The notes: generated by a model from the letters alone, not told the origin. A DNA stretch of 51,037 nt from Burkholderiales bacterium (GCA_035454645.1 DATIGR010000261.1:1-51037); one strand, 5' to 3'; positions 13,070 to 26,432 are shown, numbered from the stretch's first letter. A program made the numbers and translations.

Positions 13070-14317
13070 ATGGCGCAGATCCTGGTGGTCGACGACGAGA
13101 TCGGCATCCGCGAGCTCCTGTCGGAGATCCTGGCCGACGAGGGCCACCAGGTGGTGCTCGCGGAGAGCGCGAGCGATGCGCGCCGGCTGCGCGAGCGCGC
13201 CCGCCCCGACCTCGTGCTGCTCGACATCTGGATGCCCGACGCCGACGGCATCACTCTGCTGAAGGAATGGGCCGCGAGCGGCCAGCTCACCATGCCGGTG
13301 GTGATGATGTCCGGGCATGCCACGATCGAGACCGCGGTCGAGGCGACGCGCATCGGCGCGCTCGATTTCCTCGAGAAGCCCATTGCGCTGCAGCGCCTGC
13401 TCGCCACGGTGAAGCGCGCACTGCGCAATCCGGAAACGGCGGCGGCGCCGGAGTTGTCCATCGCCGCGCTCGGCCGCGCGCCCGCGCTCGCCGAGGCGAA
13501 GAAGCGGCTCGCGCAGCTCGCGGGCTCGGGCGCGCCGCTGCTCCTGCGGGGCGAGCGCGGCATGCGCCCGGAGCTGTTCGCCCGGCTGCTCGCCGCCCCC
13601 GGAGCGCCTTTTCTCGCCGGCGGCGAGCTGCTGTCGCAGCCGCCCTCGGAGCTCCTCGCCCGGGCGGCGGGTGGCGTCCTTTTCGTCCCGGACTTGAGCC
13701 GCCTTGGCCATGCCGAGCAGCGCAACCTCGAGTTCCTGCTGCCGCGCGCCGAGAAGCACCGCGTACGCGTGGTGTCGTTCTCGCCCTTCGATGTGCGGTC
13801 CTTGTCGGAGAAATGCGACTTCGACCCGGAGCTCGGCGCGCGGCTGGGGGAGCTCACGCTCAAGCTGCCGGCGGTGCGCGAGTTTGCCGAGGACGTGCCC
13901 GATCTCGCCTCGCGCGTGCTCGCGCAGCTGGTCGAGACGCGGACCTGCCCGCCGCGCCGCTTCGCCATCGCGGCGCTGAATACCCTGCGCCACCACGGCT
14001 GGCCGGGAAACCTCGCCGAGCTCGAGAGCGTGGTGAAGGACCTCGCGCTGAGCGCGCTGGAGGAGGAGATCCAGCTCGAGGACGTCGCGCGCGTGCTGAG
14101 CGCGCGCGCCGCGCCGGGAACGCTGCCCGAAGTCGCGTTCGACCGCCCCTACCGCGAGGCGCGCGAAGCTTTCGAGAGGGTGTACTTCGAGCACCTGCTG
14201 GTGCGCGAGAACGGCAGCATGTCGCGCGTCGCGGAGCGCTCGGGCCTCGAGCGCACCCACCTCTACCGCAAGCTCAAGGCGCTCGGCCTGCCGGTCGGCC
14301 GGCGCGAGGAAAGCTAG
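13070..14317 (+). CDS. ntrX: NtrX-like response regulator (REC, degenerate AAA+, Fis-type HTH)
   Basis: 415 aa. REC domain ILVVDDE...LVLLDIWMPDADG...EKP. The Walker A position reads GERGMRPE instead of GESGTGKE, and the Walker B position reads LFVPDL instead of LFLDE. No GAFTGA motif. C-terminal HTH NGSMSRVAERSGLERTHLYRKLKALGL. Confidence 0.85.
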   Translation: MAQILVVDDEIGIRELLSEILADEGHQVVLAESASDARRLRERARPDLVLLDIWMPDADGITLLKEWAASGQLTMPVVMMSGHATIETAVEATRIGALDFLEKPIALQRLLATVKRALRNPETAAAPELSIAALGRAPALAEAKKRLAQLAGSGAPLLLRGERGMRPELFARLLAAPGAPFLAGGELLSQPPSELLARAAGGVLFVPDLSRLGHAEQRNLEFLLPRAEKHRVRVVSFSPFDVRSLSEKCDFDPELGARLGELTLKLPAVREFAEDVPDLASRVLAQLVETRTCPPRRFAIAALNTLRHHGWPGNLAELESVVKDLALSALEEEIQLEDVARVLSARAAPGTLPEVAFDRPYREAREAFERVYFEHLLVRENGSMSRVAERSGLERTHLYRKLKALGLPVGRREES

Positions 14318-14412
14318 GTCTTCTTCGGCTTCGGCTGGCGGTGCGGCCGCTTCTTGCCGTAGCTACCTTTGTATATCTTGCCGCGCTTCGTGCGCTTGTC
14401 GCCTTTTCCCAT
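14314..14412 (-). CDS. 30S ribosomal protein THX (bTHX), 32 aa
   Basis: Not in the ORF track because it is below the length cutoff. ATG at 14412, TAG at 14316-14314. Translation MGKGDKRTKRGKIYKGSYGKKRPHRQPKPKKT matches the THX pattern MGKGD+RT+RGKI..G.YGK.RP as I remember it from Thermus. It starts 7 nt after the metH stop, and its 3' end overlaps the convergent ntrX stop by 4 nt. Confidence 0.85.
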   Translation of the reverse strand: MGKGDKRTKRGKIYKGSYGKKRPHRQPKPKKT

Positions 14413-14419
14413 GCGCAAA

Positions 14420-18121
<3,702 letters not shown>

Positions 18122-18126
18122 GCCTG

Positions 18127-18165
18127 AAAACAAAAAAGCCCGCTCGGCTTGCAGAGAAACGGGCT
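18127..18165 (-). terminator. Intrinsic-terminator-like hairpin plus U-tract, ending 5 nt upstream of the metH ATG (putative expression platform)
   Basis: Minus-strand RNA reads AGCCCG-UUUCUCUGCAAGCCGAG-CGGGCU followed by UUUUUUGUUUUC, then CAGGC-AUG. A CUC/GAG pairing extends the inner stem. Confidence 0.55.
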
Positions 18166-18237
18166 TCGACGCGCGTCTCTTTAGCGGTATTTGTAACGCG
18201 CCCGCAAGCTGAGCATCAAATCGGCGCGGTGCGTGGC

Positions 18238-18266
18238 ATTCTGCCCATCAAGTCCTGATGTGTCAA
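18238..18266 (-). promoter_or_regulatory. Candidate sigma-70 promoter for metH: -35 TTGACA (18266-18261), 17-nt spacer, -10 CAGAAT (18243-18238)
   Basis: Read directly on the minus strand as TTGACA-catcaggacttgatggg-CAGAAT. The predicted TSS near 18231 gives a leader of about 110 nt. Confidence 0.45.
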
Positions 18267-18283
18267 CGGCTTATAATCGATCG

Positions 18284-18715
18284 GTGAGCGAGTTCCAGTC
18301 CATCGTCGGCCGTTTTCCATGCGAGGTTCACTGGGGCGACTGCGATCCGGCCGGGATCATTTTCTACCCGACCTATTTTCGCTGGATGGATGCCGCGACC
18401 TGGGCTTTCATGGGCTCGGTCGGCTTTGGGCCCAAGCGCATGCGCGAAGAGCATCTCGCGATGCCGCTGGTCGCCGCCGACTGTCAGTTTCTCGCACCCG
18501 CGCAGCACGGCGATCGCTGCGAGGTGCGCTCGCGCATCGCACGCTTCGGCGGGGCCTCGTTCGTGGTCGCGCACGACATCGTGCGCGCGGATGGCACGAA
18601 GCTCGCGCAAGGCAGCGAGAAGCGCGTTTGGGGCCGTTATGCCAGCGGGCCTGGCACCCGGCTGAAAGGCGAGCAGATTCCCGAGGACGTCAGGGCGCTG
18701 TTTCGCGCCGGGTAG
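18284..18715 (+). CDS. Acyl-CoA thioesterase, 4HBT/YbgC-like hotdog fold
   Basis: The motif VHWGDCDPAGIIFYPTYFRWMD fits the hotdog 4HBT pattern (D..G.v....Y). I prefer GTG 18284 (143 aa). The track start is GTG 18233, and the start remains uncertain. Confidence 0.7.
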   Translation: MSEFQSIVGRFPCEVHWGDCDPAGIIFYPTYFRWMDAATWAFMGSVGFGPKRMREEHLAMPLVAADCQFLAPAQHGDRCEVRSRIARFGGASFVVAHDIVRADGTKLAQGSEKRVWGRYASGPGTRLKGEQIPEDVRALFRAG

Positions 18716-18718
18716 CGT

Positions 18719-20899
<2,181 letters not shown>

Positions 20900-20903
20900 C
20901 GGA

Positions 20904-21539
20904 TCATTCGGCGTCGGGTTGCTTGGCAGGCTGCGCGCGGTCGAACGCCTCGAGCTTCATGCACTGCTCGAACGCGCGCATCGTCGCCGGATAGGGAGAC
21001 AGGTCGCAGCTGTAGCGCTTCGCGTTGAAGATCTGAGGCACCAGGCAGCAGTCGGCCATGGTCGGCGCGTCGCCGTGGCAGAACTTGCCTCCCGCGCCGC
21101 GAAGCAAATCCGCTTCCAGCTTGGCAAGTCCGTCGGCAATCCAATAGCGGTACCACGTGTTCACTTGCTCCTCGCTCTGACCGAGCTGGCGCTTGAGGTA
21201 TTGCAGGGTGCGCAGATTGTTGAGCGGATGGATCTCGCACGCGATCAGGAGCGACAGGCTGCGCACCCGGGCGCGGCCCCGCGCGTCGCGCGGAAGAAGC
21301 GGCGGATTGGGATGCGTCTCGTCGAGGTACTCGATGATGGCAAGCGACTGCGAAAGCTCCAGCCCGTCGGCGAGCAGCGTCGGCAGAAGACCTTGCGGAT
21401 ACTTGCCGGCGTATTCCGGCTTGCGATGCTCCCCTTTGGCGAGGTGAACGAATACCGGATCGTAGGCGAGCCCCTTCAGATTGAGCGCGATGCGGACGCG
21501 GAACGCGGCGGAGCTGCGAAAGTACGTGTACAGCTTCAC
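20904..21539 (-). CDS. maiA: Zeta-class glutathione S-transferase: maleylacetoacetate/maleylpyruvate isomerase
   Basis: 211 aa. N-terminus MKLYTYFRSSAAFRVRIALNLKG carries the zeta-GST signature SSxxxRVRIAL. QGLLPTL and ESLAIIEYLDETHP-type motifs are also present. Confidence 0.85.
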   Translation of the reverse strand: MKLYTYFRSSAAFRVRIALNLKGLAYDPVFVHLAKGEHRKPEYAGKYPQGLLPTLLADGLELSQSLAIIEYLDETHPNPPLLPRDARGRARVRSLSLLIACEIHPLNNLRTLQYLKRQLGQSEEQVNTWYRYWIADGLAKLEADLLRGAGGKFCHGDAPTMADCCLVPQIFNAKRYSCDLSPYPATMRAFEQCMKLEAFDRAQPAKQPDAE

Positions 21540-22228
21540 AGCGGCGACAGTATCTTCACCCTGAGCTCGCCGATGCCGTCGATTCCCGCGTGCAGCTCGT
21601 CGCCGGGCTTGACCGGGCCCACGCCGGCCGGCGTGCCGGAGTAGATGAGGTCACCGGGCTCGAGCGTGTAGTACTCGGAGAGGTAGGCGATCTGCTCGGG
21701 AACCGACCAGATCATGTCGCCGAGGTCGGCGCGCTGGCGCTGCTTGCCGTTGACCGTGAGCCAGATCGCTCCGCGCGCCGGGTGGCCGACCTTCGCCGCC
21801 GGCACCAGAGCGCCGCACGGCGCGGCCTGGTCGAAGTCCTTGCCGAAATCCCATGGCCGGCCGTGATCCTTGCCCCACTGCTGCAGGTCGCGCCGCGTCA
21901 TGTCCAGGCCGACGGCGTAGCCGAACACGTGGTCGTTGCCGCGCTTGGCGTCGATGTGCCGCCCGCCCTTCGCAAGGGCGACCACGAGCTCGGTCTCGTA
22001 GTGGTAGTTGGAGGTCTTGGCGGGGTAGCGCACCTCGCCGCCGCCGGGAACGAGCGCGTGCGCGCTTTTGATGAAGAAAAACGGCTGCTCGCGCCCGTCG
22101 CCGCCCATTTCCTTCTGGTGCTCGGCATAGTTGCGCCCGACGCAGAAGATGCGCCGGACAGGAAAGCTGTCGGCCGTGCCGGCGACCGGAAGCGCCGGCG
22201 GGGTCCACAGGGGAATTGCGTAACCCAT
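21536..22228 (-). CDS. FAH-family hydrolase, fumarylpyruvate-hydrolase-like (short form)
   Basis: 230 aa. Motifs: RIFCVGRNYAEH, YHYETELVVALAKGG, DMTRRDLQ and GTPAGVGPVKPGD. Its size and motifs resemble NagK-type enzymes. Confidence 0.8.
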   Translation of the reverse strand: MGYAIPLWTPPALPVAGTADSFPVRRIFCVGRNYAEHQKEMGGDGREQPFFFIKSAHALVPGGGEVRYPAKTSNYHYETELVVALAKGGRHIDAKRGNDHVFGYAVGLDMTRRDLQQWGKDHGRPWDFGKDFDQAAPCGALVPAAKVGHPARGAIWLTVNGKQRQRADLGDMIWSVPEQIAYLSEYYTLEPGDLIYSGTPAGVGPVKPGDELHAGIDGIGELRVKILSPL

Positions 22229-22252
22229 GACGATCCTCGAAAAGGCGAAATT

Positions 22253-23119
22253 CTATCCCGCGTAGTCGGGCGCGACGCGGATGGTGAACTCGCCGATGCG
22301 CTCGATCCCGGCGCGGATCTCGTCGCCGGGCTTCACCGGGCCGACGCCTTCCGGGGTGCCGCTGAAGATCAGGTCGCCGGGGTAGAGCGTGTAGAAGCTC
22401 GTCGCGTACTCGATCAGCCGTGGAACGTCGTAGACCATGCGGTTCGTGTTGGAGCGCTGACGCGGCTCGCCGTTGACGGTGAGCCAGAGCTCCAGGTTTC
22501 CCGGGTCGGGCACCTCGTCGCGCGTGACGAGCCACGGCGCGAGCACGCTGTAGGTGTCGATCGATTTCCGGAAGCTGGGAAGCTCCGCGCCGCGCAAGGT
22601 CATGTCGAGGCCGATCGAGTAGCCGCAGACATAGTCGAGCGCCCGCGCGCGGTCGATGCGATTCGCCTCGCGCCCGATGACCACGGCGAGCTCGACCTCG
22701 TGGTCGTTGCGCCGCTGCGGGAAGCGCAGCTTGATGCCATCGCCTGCGCCGGCGAGCGAGCTCGGCGATTTGAGGAACAGCCCCCAGTCCGCGATGGTCT
22801 TGATTTCCCGGCCGTGCGCAATGCCCTGGTCGCGCTTCGCCTCGTCGATGTGCGCCTGATAGTTGATGGGCGCGTTGACGATCTTGGACGGATTCGCGAC
22901 CGGCGGCCGCAGCCGGACCGCTGCGAGCGGCGCCCGCGCCGCGCGCGGCGCGAGCGCCTTCGCTTTCTCGAGGACCGCGGGCAGGTGCGCGATCAGCGCG
23001 TCGCCATGGCGGTAGGGCCACTTCTGCTGGGATATCGCGGCCAGTGCGTCGCTCACGTCCAGCACGTCGCTGCCCTGCACCAGCCCGAGGCGGTCGTTGT
23101 CGAAGCGGCAGATCTTCAT
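22253..23119 (-). CDS. FAH-family protein (2-keto-4-pentenoate hydratase / decarboxylase / hydrolase class, specificity unknown)
   Basis: 288 aa. Motifs: NDHEVELAVVIG, GLDMTLR and GDLIFSGTPEGVGPVKPGD. It is the first cistron of the operon. Confidence 0.8.
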   Translation of the reverse strand: MKICRFDNDRLGLVQGSDVLDVSDALAAISQQKWPYRHGDALIAHLPAVLEKAKALAPRAARAPLAAVRLRPPVANPSKIVNAPINYQAHIDEAKRDQGIAHGREIKTIADWGLFLKSPSSLAGAGDGIKLRFPQRRNDHEVELAVVIGREANRIDRARALDYVCGYSIGLDMTLRGAELPSFRKSIDTYSVLAPWLVTRDEVPDPGNLELWLTVNGEPRQRSNTNRMVYDVPRLIEYATSFYTLYPGDLIFSGTPEGVGPVKPGDEIRAGIERIGEFTIRVAPDYAG

Positions 23120-23192
23120 CGGCTAGAAAGACGGACGGATTACGCGATGGCCTTCGAGGGTGATTTGCATGCGCCGCACGGAGAACTTACGA

Positions 23193-23218
23193 TGGTACCA
23201 ATCGTTTGGACCCCAAAC
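23193..23218. promoter_or_regulatory. Candidate MarR operator: palindrome TGGTACCA (23193-23200) and inverted repeat GTTTGG-acc-CCAAAC (23204-23218)
   Basis: Read directly. Both lie in the divergent region between the FAH/lig operon (start 23119) and marR. Confidence 0.4.
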
Positions 23219-23670
23219 AAATCCTGCGGCCCGGCATGCTGCCCGGGCTTCTCGGCTACCGGCTGCGCCTGGCGCAGCAGGCGGTGTTCCGCGACTTCGG
23301 CGAGAGCGTAAGCGATCTGGCGCCCGGCCGCGTCGGGATCCTGCTGCTCATCGAGGCCAATCCAGGGGTGACCCAGAGCCGGCTCGCGCAAGCCGTGGGC
23401 CTCGACCGCTCGACGCTGGTCGGGGTGCTCCATGGGCTGGAGGCGCGCGGCCTGGTGGAGCGCCGCCGCGGGGAGGACCGGCGCACCAACGGCCTGCTGC
23501 TCACGCGCGCCGGGCATGGGCTGGCCGGGGGCCTCAAGCGCCGAATCCGGATGCACGAGCGGCGCGTGGCGGCGCGGCTCTCGCCCGAAGAGAGGACACA
23601 ACTGCTCCGGCTGCTCGAGAAGCTCGCCGGAAATGAAAAGGGCGCCGGAGCGCCCTTTCCGAACCAGTGA
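23206..23670 (+). CDS. MarR-family transcriptional regulator
   Basis: The winged-HTH pattern is present: LLGYRLRLAQQAVFRDF...ILLLIEANPGVTQSRLAQAVGLDRSTLVGVLHGLEARGLVERRR...DRRTNGLLLT.AG. The track start is TTG 23206. ATG 23236 (MLPGLLGY...) is an equally plausible start and would leave the inverted repeat upstream of the gene. Confidence 0.88.
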   Translation: MDPKQILRPGMLPGLLGYRLRLAQQAVFRDFGESVSDLAPGRVGILLLIEANPGVTQSRLAQAVGLDRSTLVGVLHGLEARGLVERRRGEDRRTNGLLLTRAGHGLAGGLKRRIRMHERRVAARLSPEERTQLLRLLEKLAGNEKGAGAPFPNQ

Positions 23671-23676
23671 GAGTGA

Positions 23677-23697
23677 CCGCTTACATGCGGTAAGCGG
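23677..23697. other. Perfect 8-bp stem / 5-nt loop hairpin (CCGCTTAC-atgcg-GTAAGCGG) at the convergent marR/amtB junction
   Basis: Read directly. It spans the amtB stop codon. No U-tract follows on either strand, so it is not a canonical intrinsic terminator. Confidence 0.3.
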
Positions 23698-25144
23698 CTT
23701 CGCCGTGCGCTGTGGTGTCGAGTCCCTCGCGCTCGTCTTCCTCGCTCACGCGCAGGCCGATCGTCAAGTCGATCAGCTTGAAGACGACCAGTGCGACGAC
23801 GCCTGACCAGATGATCGTGGTGAGCACGCCGGTACCCTGCGTGACGAGCTGTCCCCAGATCGAGTAGTCCTCGGACACCTTGTTCGCGACGTAATCGTAG
23901 ATCCCGGAGCCGCCGAGCGACGGGGCGGCGAACACCCCGGTGAGCAGCGCGCCTACGATGCCGCAGACCCCATGAACGCCGAACACGTCGAGCGAGTCGT
24001 CGGCGCCGAGCATGCGCTTCAGGCCATTCACGCCCCAAAAGCCCATGGCACCGGCAACGGCGCCGATGACCAGCGCACCCATCAGGCCGACGAAACCGCA
24101 CGCGGGGGTGATGGCGACCAGACCGGCGACCGCCCCGGAGGCCGCGCCGAGCGCCGAAGCCTTGCCGCGCGCCAGCGATTCCACCAGCAGCCACAGCAGC
24201 ACGGCGGCGGCCGTGGCGACAATCGTGTTGAGGAAAGCGATCGCCGCCGTTCCGGTCGCCTCGAGGTTGGAGCCGGCGTTGAAGCCGAACCAGCCCACCC
24301 ACAGCAGGCAGGCGCCGATCATCGTGAGCGGCAGGCTGTGTGGCGGCATGGCTTCCTTGCCGAAGCCGATGCGCTTGCCGAGGAGGTAAGCACCGACCAG
24401 GCCGGCCACTCCGGCATTGATGTGCACCACCGTGCCGCCCGCGAAGTCGAGCGCGCCTTTCTGCCACAGCCAGCCGGCCGCGGCCGTCACCGCTTCCAGG
24501 CTCTTCGCGTCGGTGATCGCGTCCGGCCCGTCCCAGTACCACACCATGTGGGCGATCGGCGCGTAAGCGAAAGTGAACCAGAGAACCGCGAACACCAGCG
24601 CCGCGGAAAACTTGATGCGCTCGGCGAACGACCCGACGATCAGGCCGCAGGTAATGGCAGCGAAGGTGCATTGGAAGGCGATGAACGCGAGCTCCGGAAT
24701 CGCGACGCCCTTGGAGAATGTCGCCGCCAGGGAATCACCGTTGACGCCTGAAAGGAAGATCTTCGACAGCCCGCCGAAGAATGCGCCGCCGCCGGTGAAG
24801 GTGATCGAGTAGCCGTAGATCACCCAAACCACGGCGATCAGGCAGAACGTCACGAATACCTGCATGAGCACCGACAGCGTGTTCTTGGCGCGCACCATCC
24901 CGCCGTAGAAGAGGGCGAGGCCGGGGATGGTCATCAGGATGACGAGCGCCGTGGCGGTCAGCATCCACGTCGTGTCGCCCTTGTCGACCTTGGGCTTGGC
25001 CGGCTCCGCGGCGGGCTTGGCTTCCTCCTTCTTCATTTCGGCCGCCGGCTTGTCGGGTGCCGCGGCCGGCTTGTCCTGCGCCAGCACGGCGCCCGCGAAC
25101 GCCACGCAGACCATCATTGCAACCCATGCCAATAGCTTCTTCAT
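23681..25144 (-). CDS. amtB: Ammonium transporter (Amt family)
   Basis: 487 aa from ATG 25144, with an AGGAGA Shine-Dalgarno (25150-25155 on the plus strand). Signal peptide MKKLLAWVAMMVCVAFAGAVLAQ, then a Pro/Ala/Lys-rich linker, then the Amt core: LVILMTIPGLALFYGG, FAGGTVVHINAG and DDSLDVFGVHGVCGIVG. Confidence 0.93.
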   Translation of the reverse strand: MKKLLAWVAMMVCVAFAGAVLAQDKPAAAPDKPAAEMKKEEAKPAAEPAKPKVDKGDTTWMLTATALVILMTIPGLALFYGGMVRAKNTLSVLMQVFVTFCLIAVVWVIYGYSITFTGGGAFFGGLSKIFLSGVNGDSLAATFSKGVAIPELAFIAFQCTFAAITCGLIVGSFAERIKFSAALVFAVLWFTFAYAPIAHMVWYWDGPDAITDAKSLEAVTAAAGWLWQKGALDFAGGTVVHINAGVAGLVGAYLLGKRIGFGKEAMPPHSLPLTMIGACLLWVGWFGFNAGSNLEATGTAAIAFLNTIVATAAAVLLWLLVESLARGKASALGAASGAVAGLVAITPACGFVGLMGALVIGAVAGAMGFWGVNGLKRMLGADDSLDVFGVHGVCGIVGALLTGVFAAPSLGGSGIYDYVANKVSEDYSIWGQLVTQGTGVLTTIIWSGVVALVVFKLIDLTIGLRVSEEDEREGLDTTAHGEAAYRM

Positions 25145-25154
25145 CACGTTCTCC

Positions 25155-25502
<348 letters not shown>

Positions 25503-26249
25503 TCAGAAGGTTTTCGATACCGACAGCACGACGGTGGACTTGCCGGCGTCCTTCCGGTCGGTGTTGTTGCCGTTGGCGAAGCAGTAGGGCTGCGAGAGGG
25601 CGCAATCTCCGCTCGCGTCGGTGTCGACGTAGGCGGCGCCCAGGATCCAGCCGCCGAGGTCGTAGGTCACCCCGAGCTTCCAGTCGTTGTAGTCGCCGTC
25701 GGTCACGTTCTTGAACTTGAAGATGCCGTAGTGCGCGACCAGCCCGAACCCGCGGCCGAAGTCATGAGTGAAGCTCAGGTCCAGGTAGTTCGAATCCTTG
25801 GTGTTGGGCACGGAGAAATAGTCGTCGATGGCGTGGTAGTACTTGAGCGACAGGGTCTTCCAGCTGCCGCCGACATAGATCTCGGTGTTCTCGACGTCGG
25901 GATTGCTCCCCGGATAGAAGTAATAGATCAGGCCAACGTCGACGCCGAAGTCACCAAAGGCCTTTTTCCAGCCACCGTAGAAGTCCATCTCGAAGTTGGC
26001 CCCGTTGAAGCCGGCGCCAGGGTTCACATTCGAGTTCCAGTTGCCGAGGTAAACGCCGCTCGAGTGCGCGTAGTCGAAACCGCCTTGGAGGGCGGGCTCG
26101 CCGAAGGTCTGATCGATGCCACGAAAGCGGTACTCCGAGACGAGCGCCATGTTGCCGGCGACGGGCGAACTGGGCGCCGACTGCGCGGCCGCGAGCATCG
26201 GTACCGAAAGCGCGGTTGCGACAGTTAGGCTGAGGATTGGGTTGCGCAT
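25503..26249 (-). CDS. TorF-family (TIGR02001-like) putative outer-membrane porin
   Basis: 248 aa. Signal peptide MRNPILSLTVATALSVPMLAAAQS. The sequence SEYRFRGIDQT...GGFDY...GVYLGNWNSNV matches my recollection of this beta-barrel family, and it ends in a C-terminal aromatic residue (F). It lies 9 nt upstream of glnK. Confidence 0.75.
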   Translation of the reverse strand: MRNPILSLTVATALSVPMLAAAQSAPSSPVAGNMALVSEYRFRGIDQTFGEPALQGGFDYAHSSGVYLGNWNSNVNPGAGFNGANFEMDFYGGWKKAFGDFGVDVGLIYYFYPGSNPDVENTEIYVGGSWKTLSLKYYHAIDDYFSVPNTKDSNYLDLSFTHDFGRGFGLVAHYGIFKFKNVTDGDYNDWKLGVTYDLGGWILGAAYVDTDASGDCALSQPYCFANGNNTDRKDAGKSTVVLSVSKTF

Positions 26250-26291
26250 CGAGTGGATCTCCCTGAAGGTTGAAAGAGGACATCGCTAGTT

Positions 26292-26307
26292 AGCATCTCC
26301 TGTGCCA
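26292..26307 (-). promoter_or_regulatory. Sigma-54 (-24/-12) promoter for the porin-glnK-amtB operon
   Basis: The minus strand reads TGGCAC-AGGAG-ATGCT, with exact GG-N10-GC spacing. It sits about 45-60 nt upstream of the porin ATG (26249), which has a GGGAGA Shine-Dalgarno. Confidence 0.65.
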
Positions 26308-26359
26308 CTGCTGAATCAGGCTTTGAATCAATGACTTGCGATGATGGCGAGATACTCAA

Positions 26360-26375
26360 GCACCACATTGGTGCA
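26360..26375. promoter_or_regulatory. NtrC-type enhancer site GCACCA-cat-TGGTGC(A), with a possible degenerate second site at 26392-26406
   Basis: Near-perfect dyad matching the enteric NtrC consensus TGCACCA-N3-TGGTGCA. It lies about 55-70 bp upstream of the sigma-54 core promoter. The second copy GCTCAT-cat-TGGTGC keeps only one good half-site. Confidence 0.6.
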
Positions 26376-26432
26376 TTCATCGGGGAGGTTCGCTCATCAT
26401 TGGTGCGCGAACCTTGCAGTACCTTTGGATGA

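Noticed and set aside
18122-18231. Assigning the metH leader to the SAH riboswitch class, which is known upstream of metH in some Betaproteobacteria.
   Set aside because: I cannot find the conserved SAH-element strings I remember (GAGGAGCG...CAGGCUC...AACGGCGCUCA). Some SAM-II-like fragments (CGAUUU, GCUUG, GCUAAAG) are present, but they are not in a convincing arrangement. The class is left undetermined pending a covariance-model scan.
23677-23697. The 8-bp hairpin at the marR/amtB junction as a bidirectional intrinsic terminator.
   Set aside because: No U-tract follows the stem on either strand, and half of the stem is amtB coding sequence. It is kept only as a low-confidence structural note.
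26401-26418. Sigma-54-like TGGTGC...TTGCA on the plus strand upstream of ubiK.
   Set aside because: The GG-to-GC spacing is 12 nt, not the required 10. The TGGTGC is better explained as an NtrC half-site for the divergent porin-glnK-amtB promoter.
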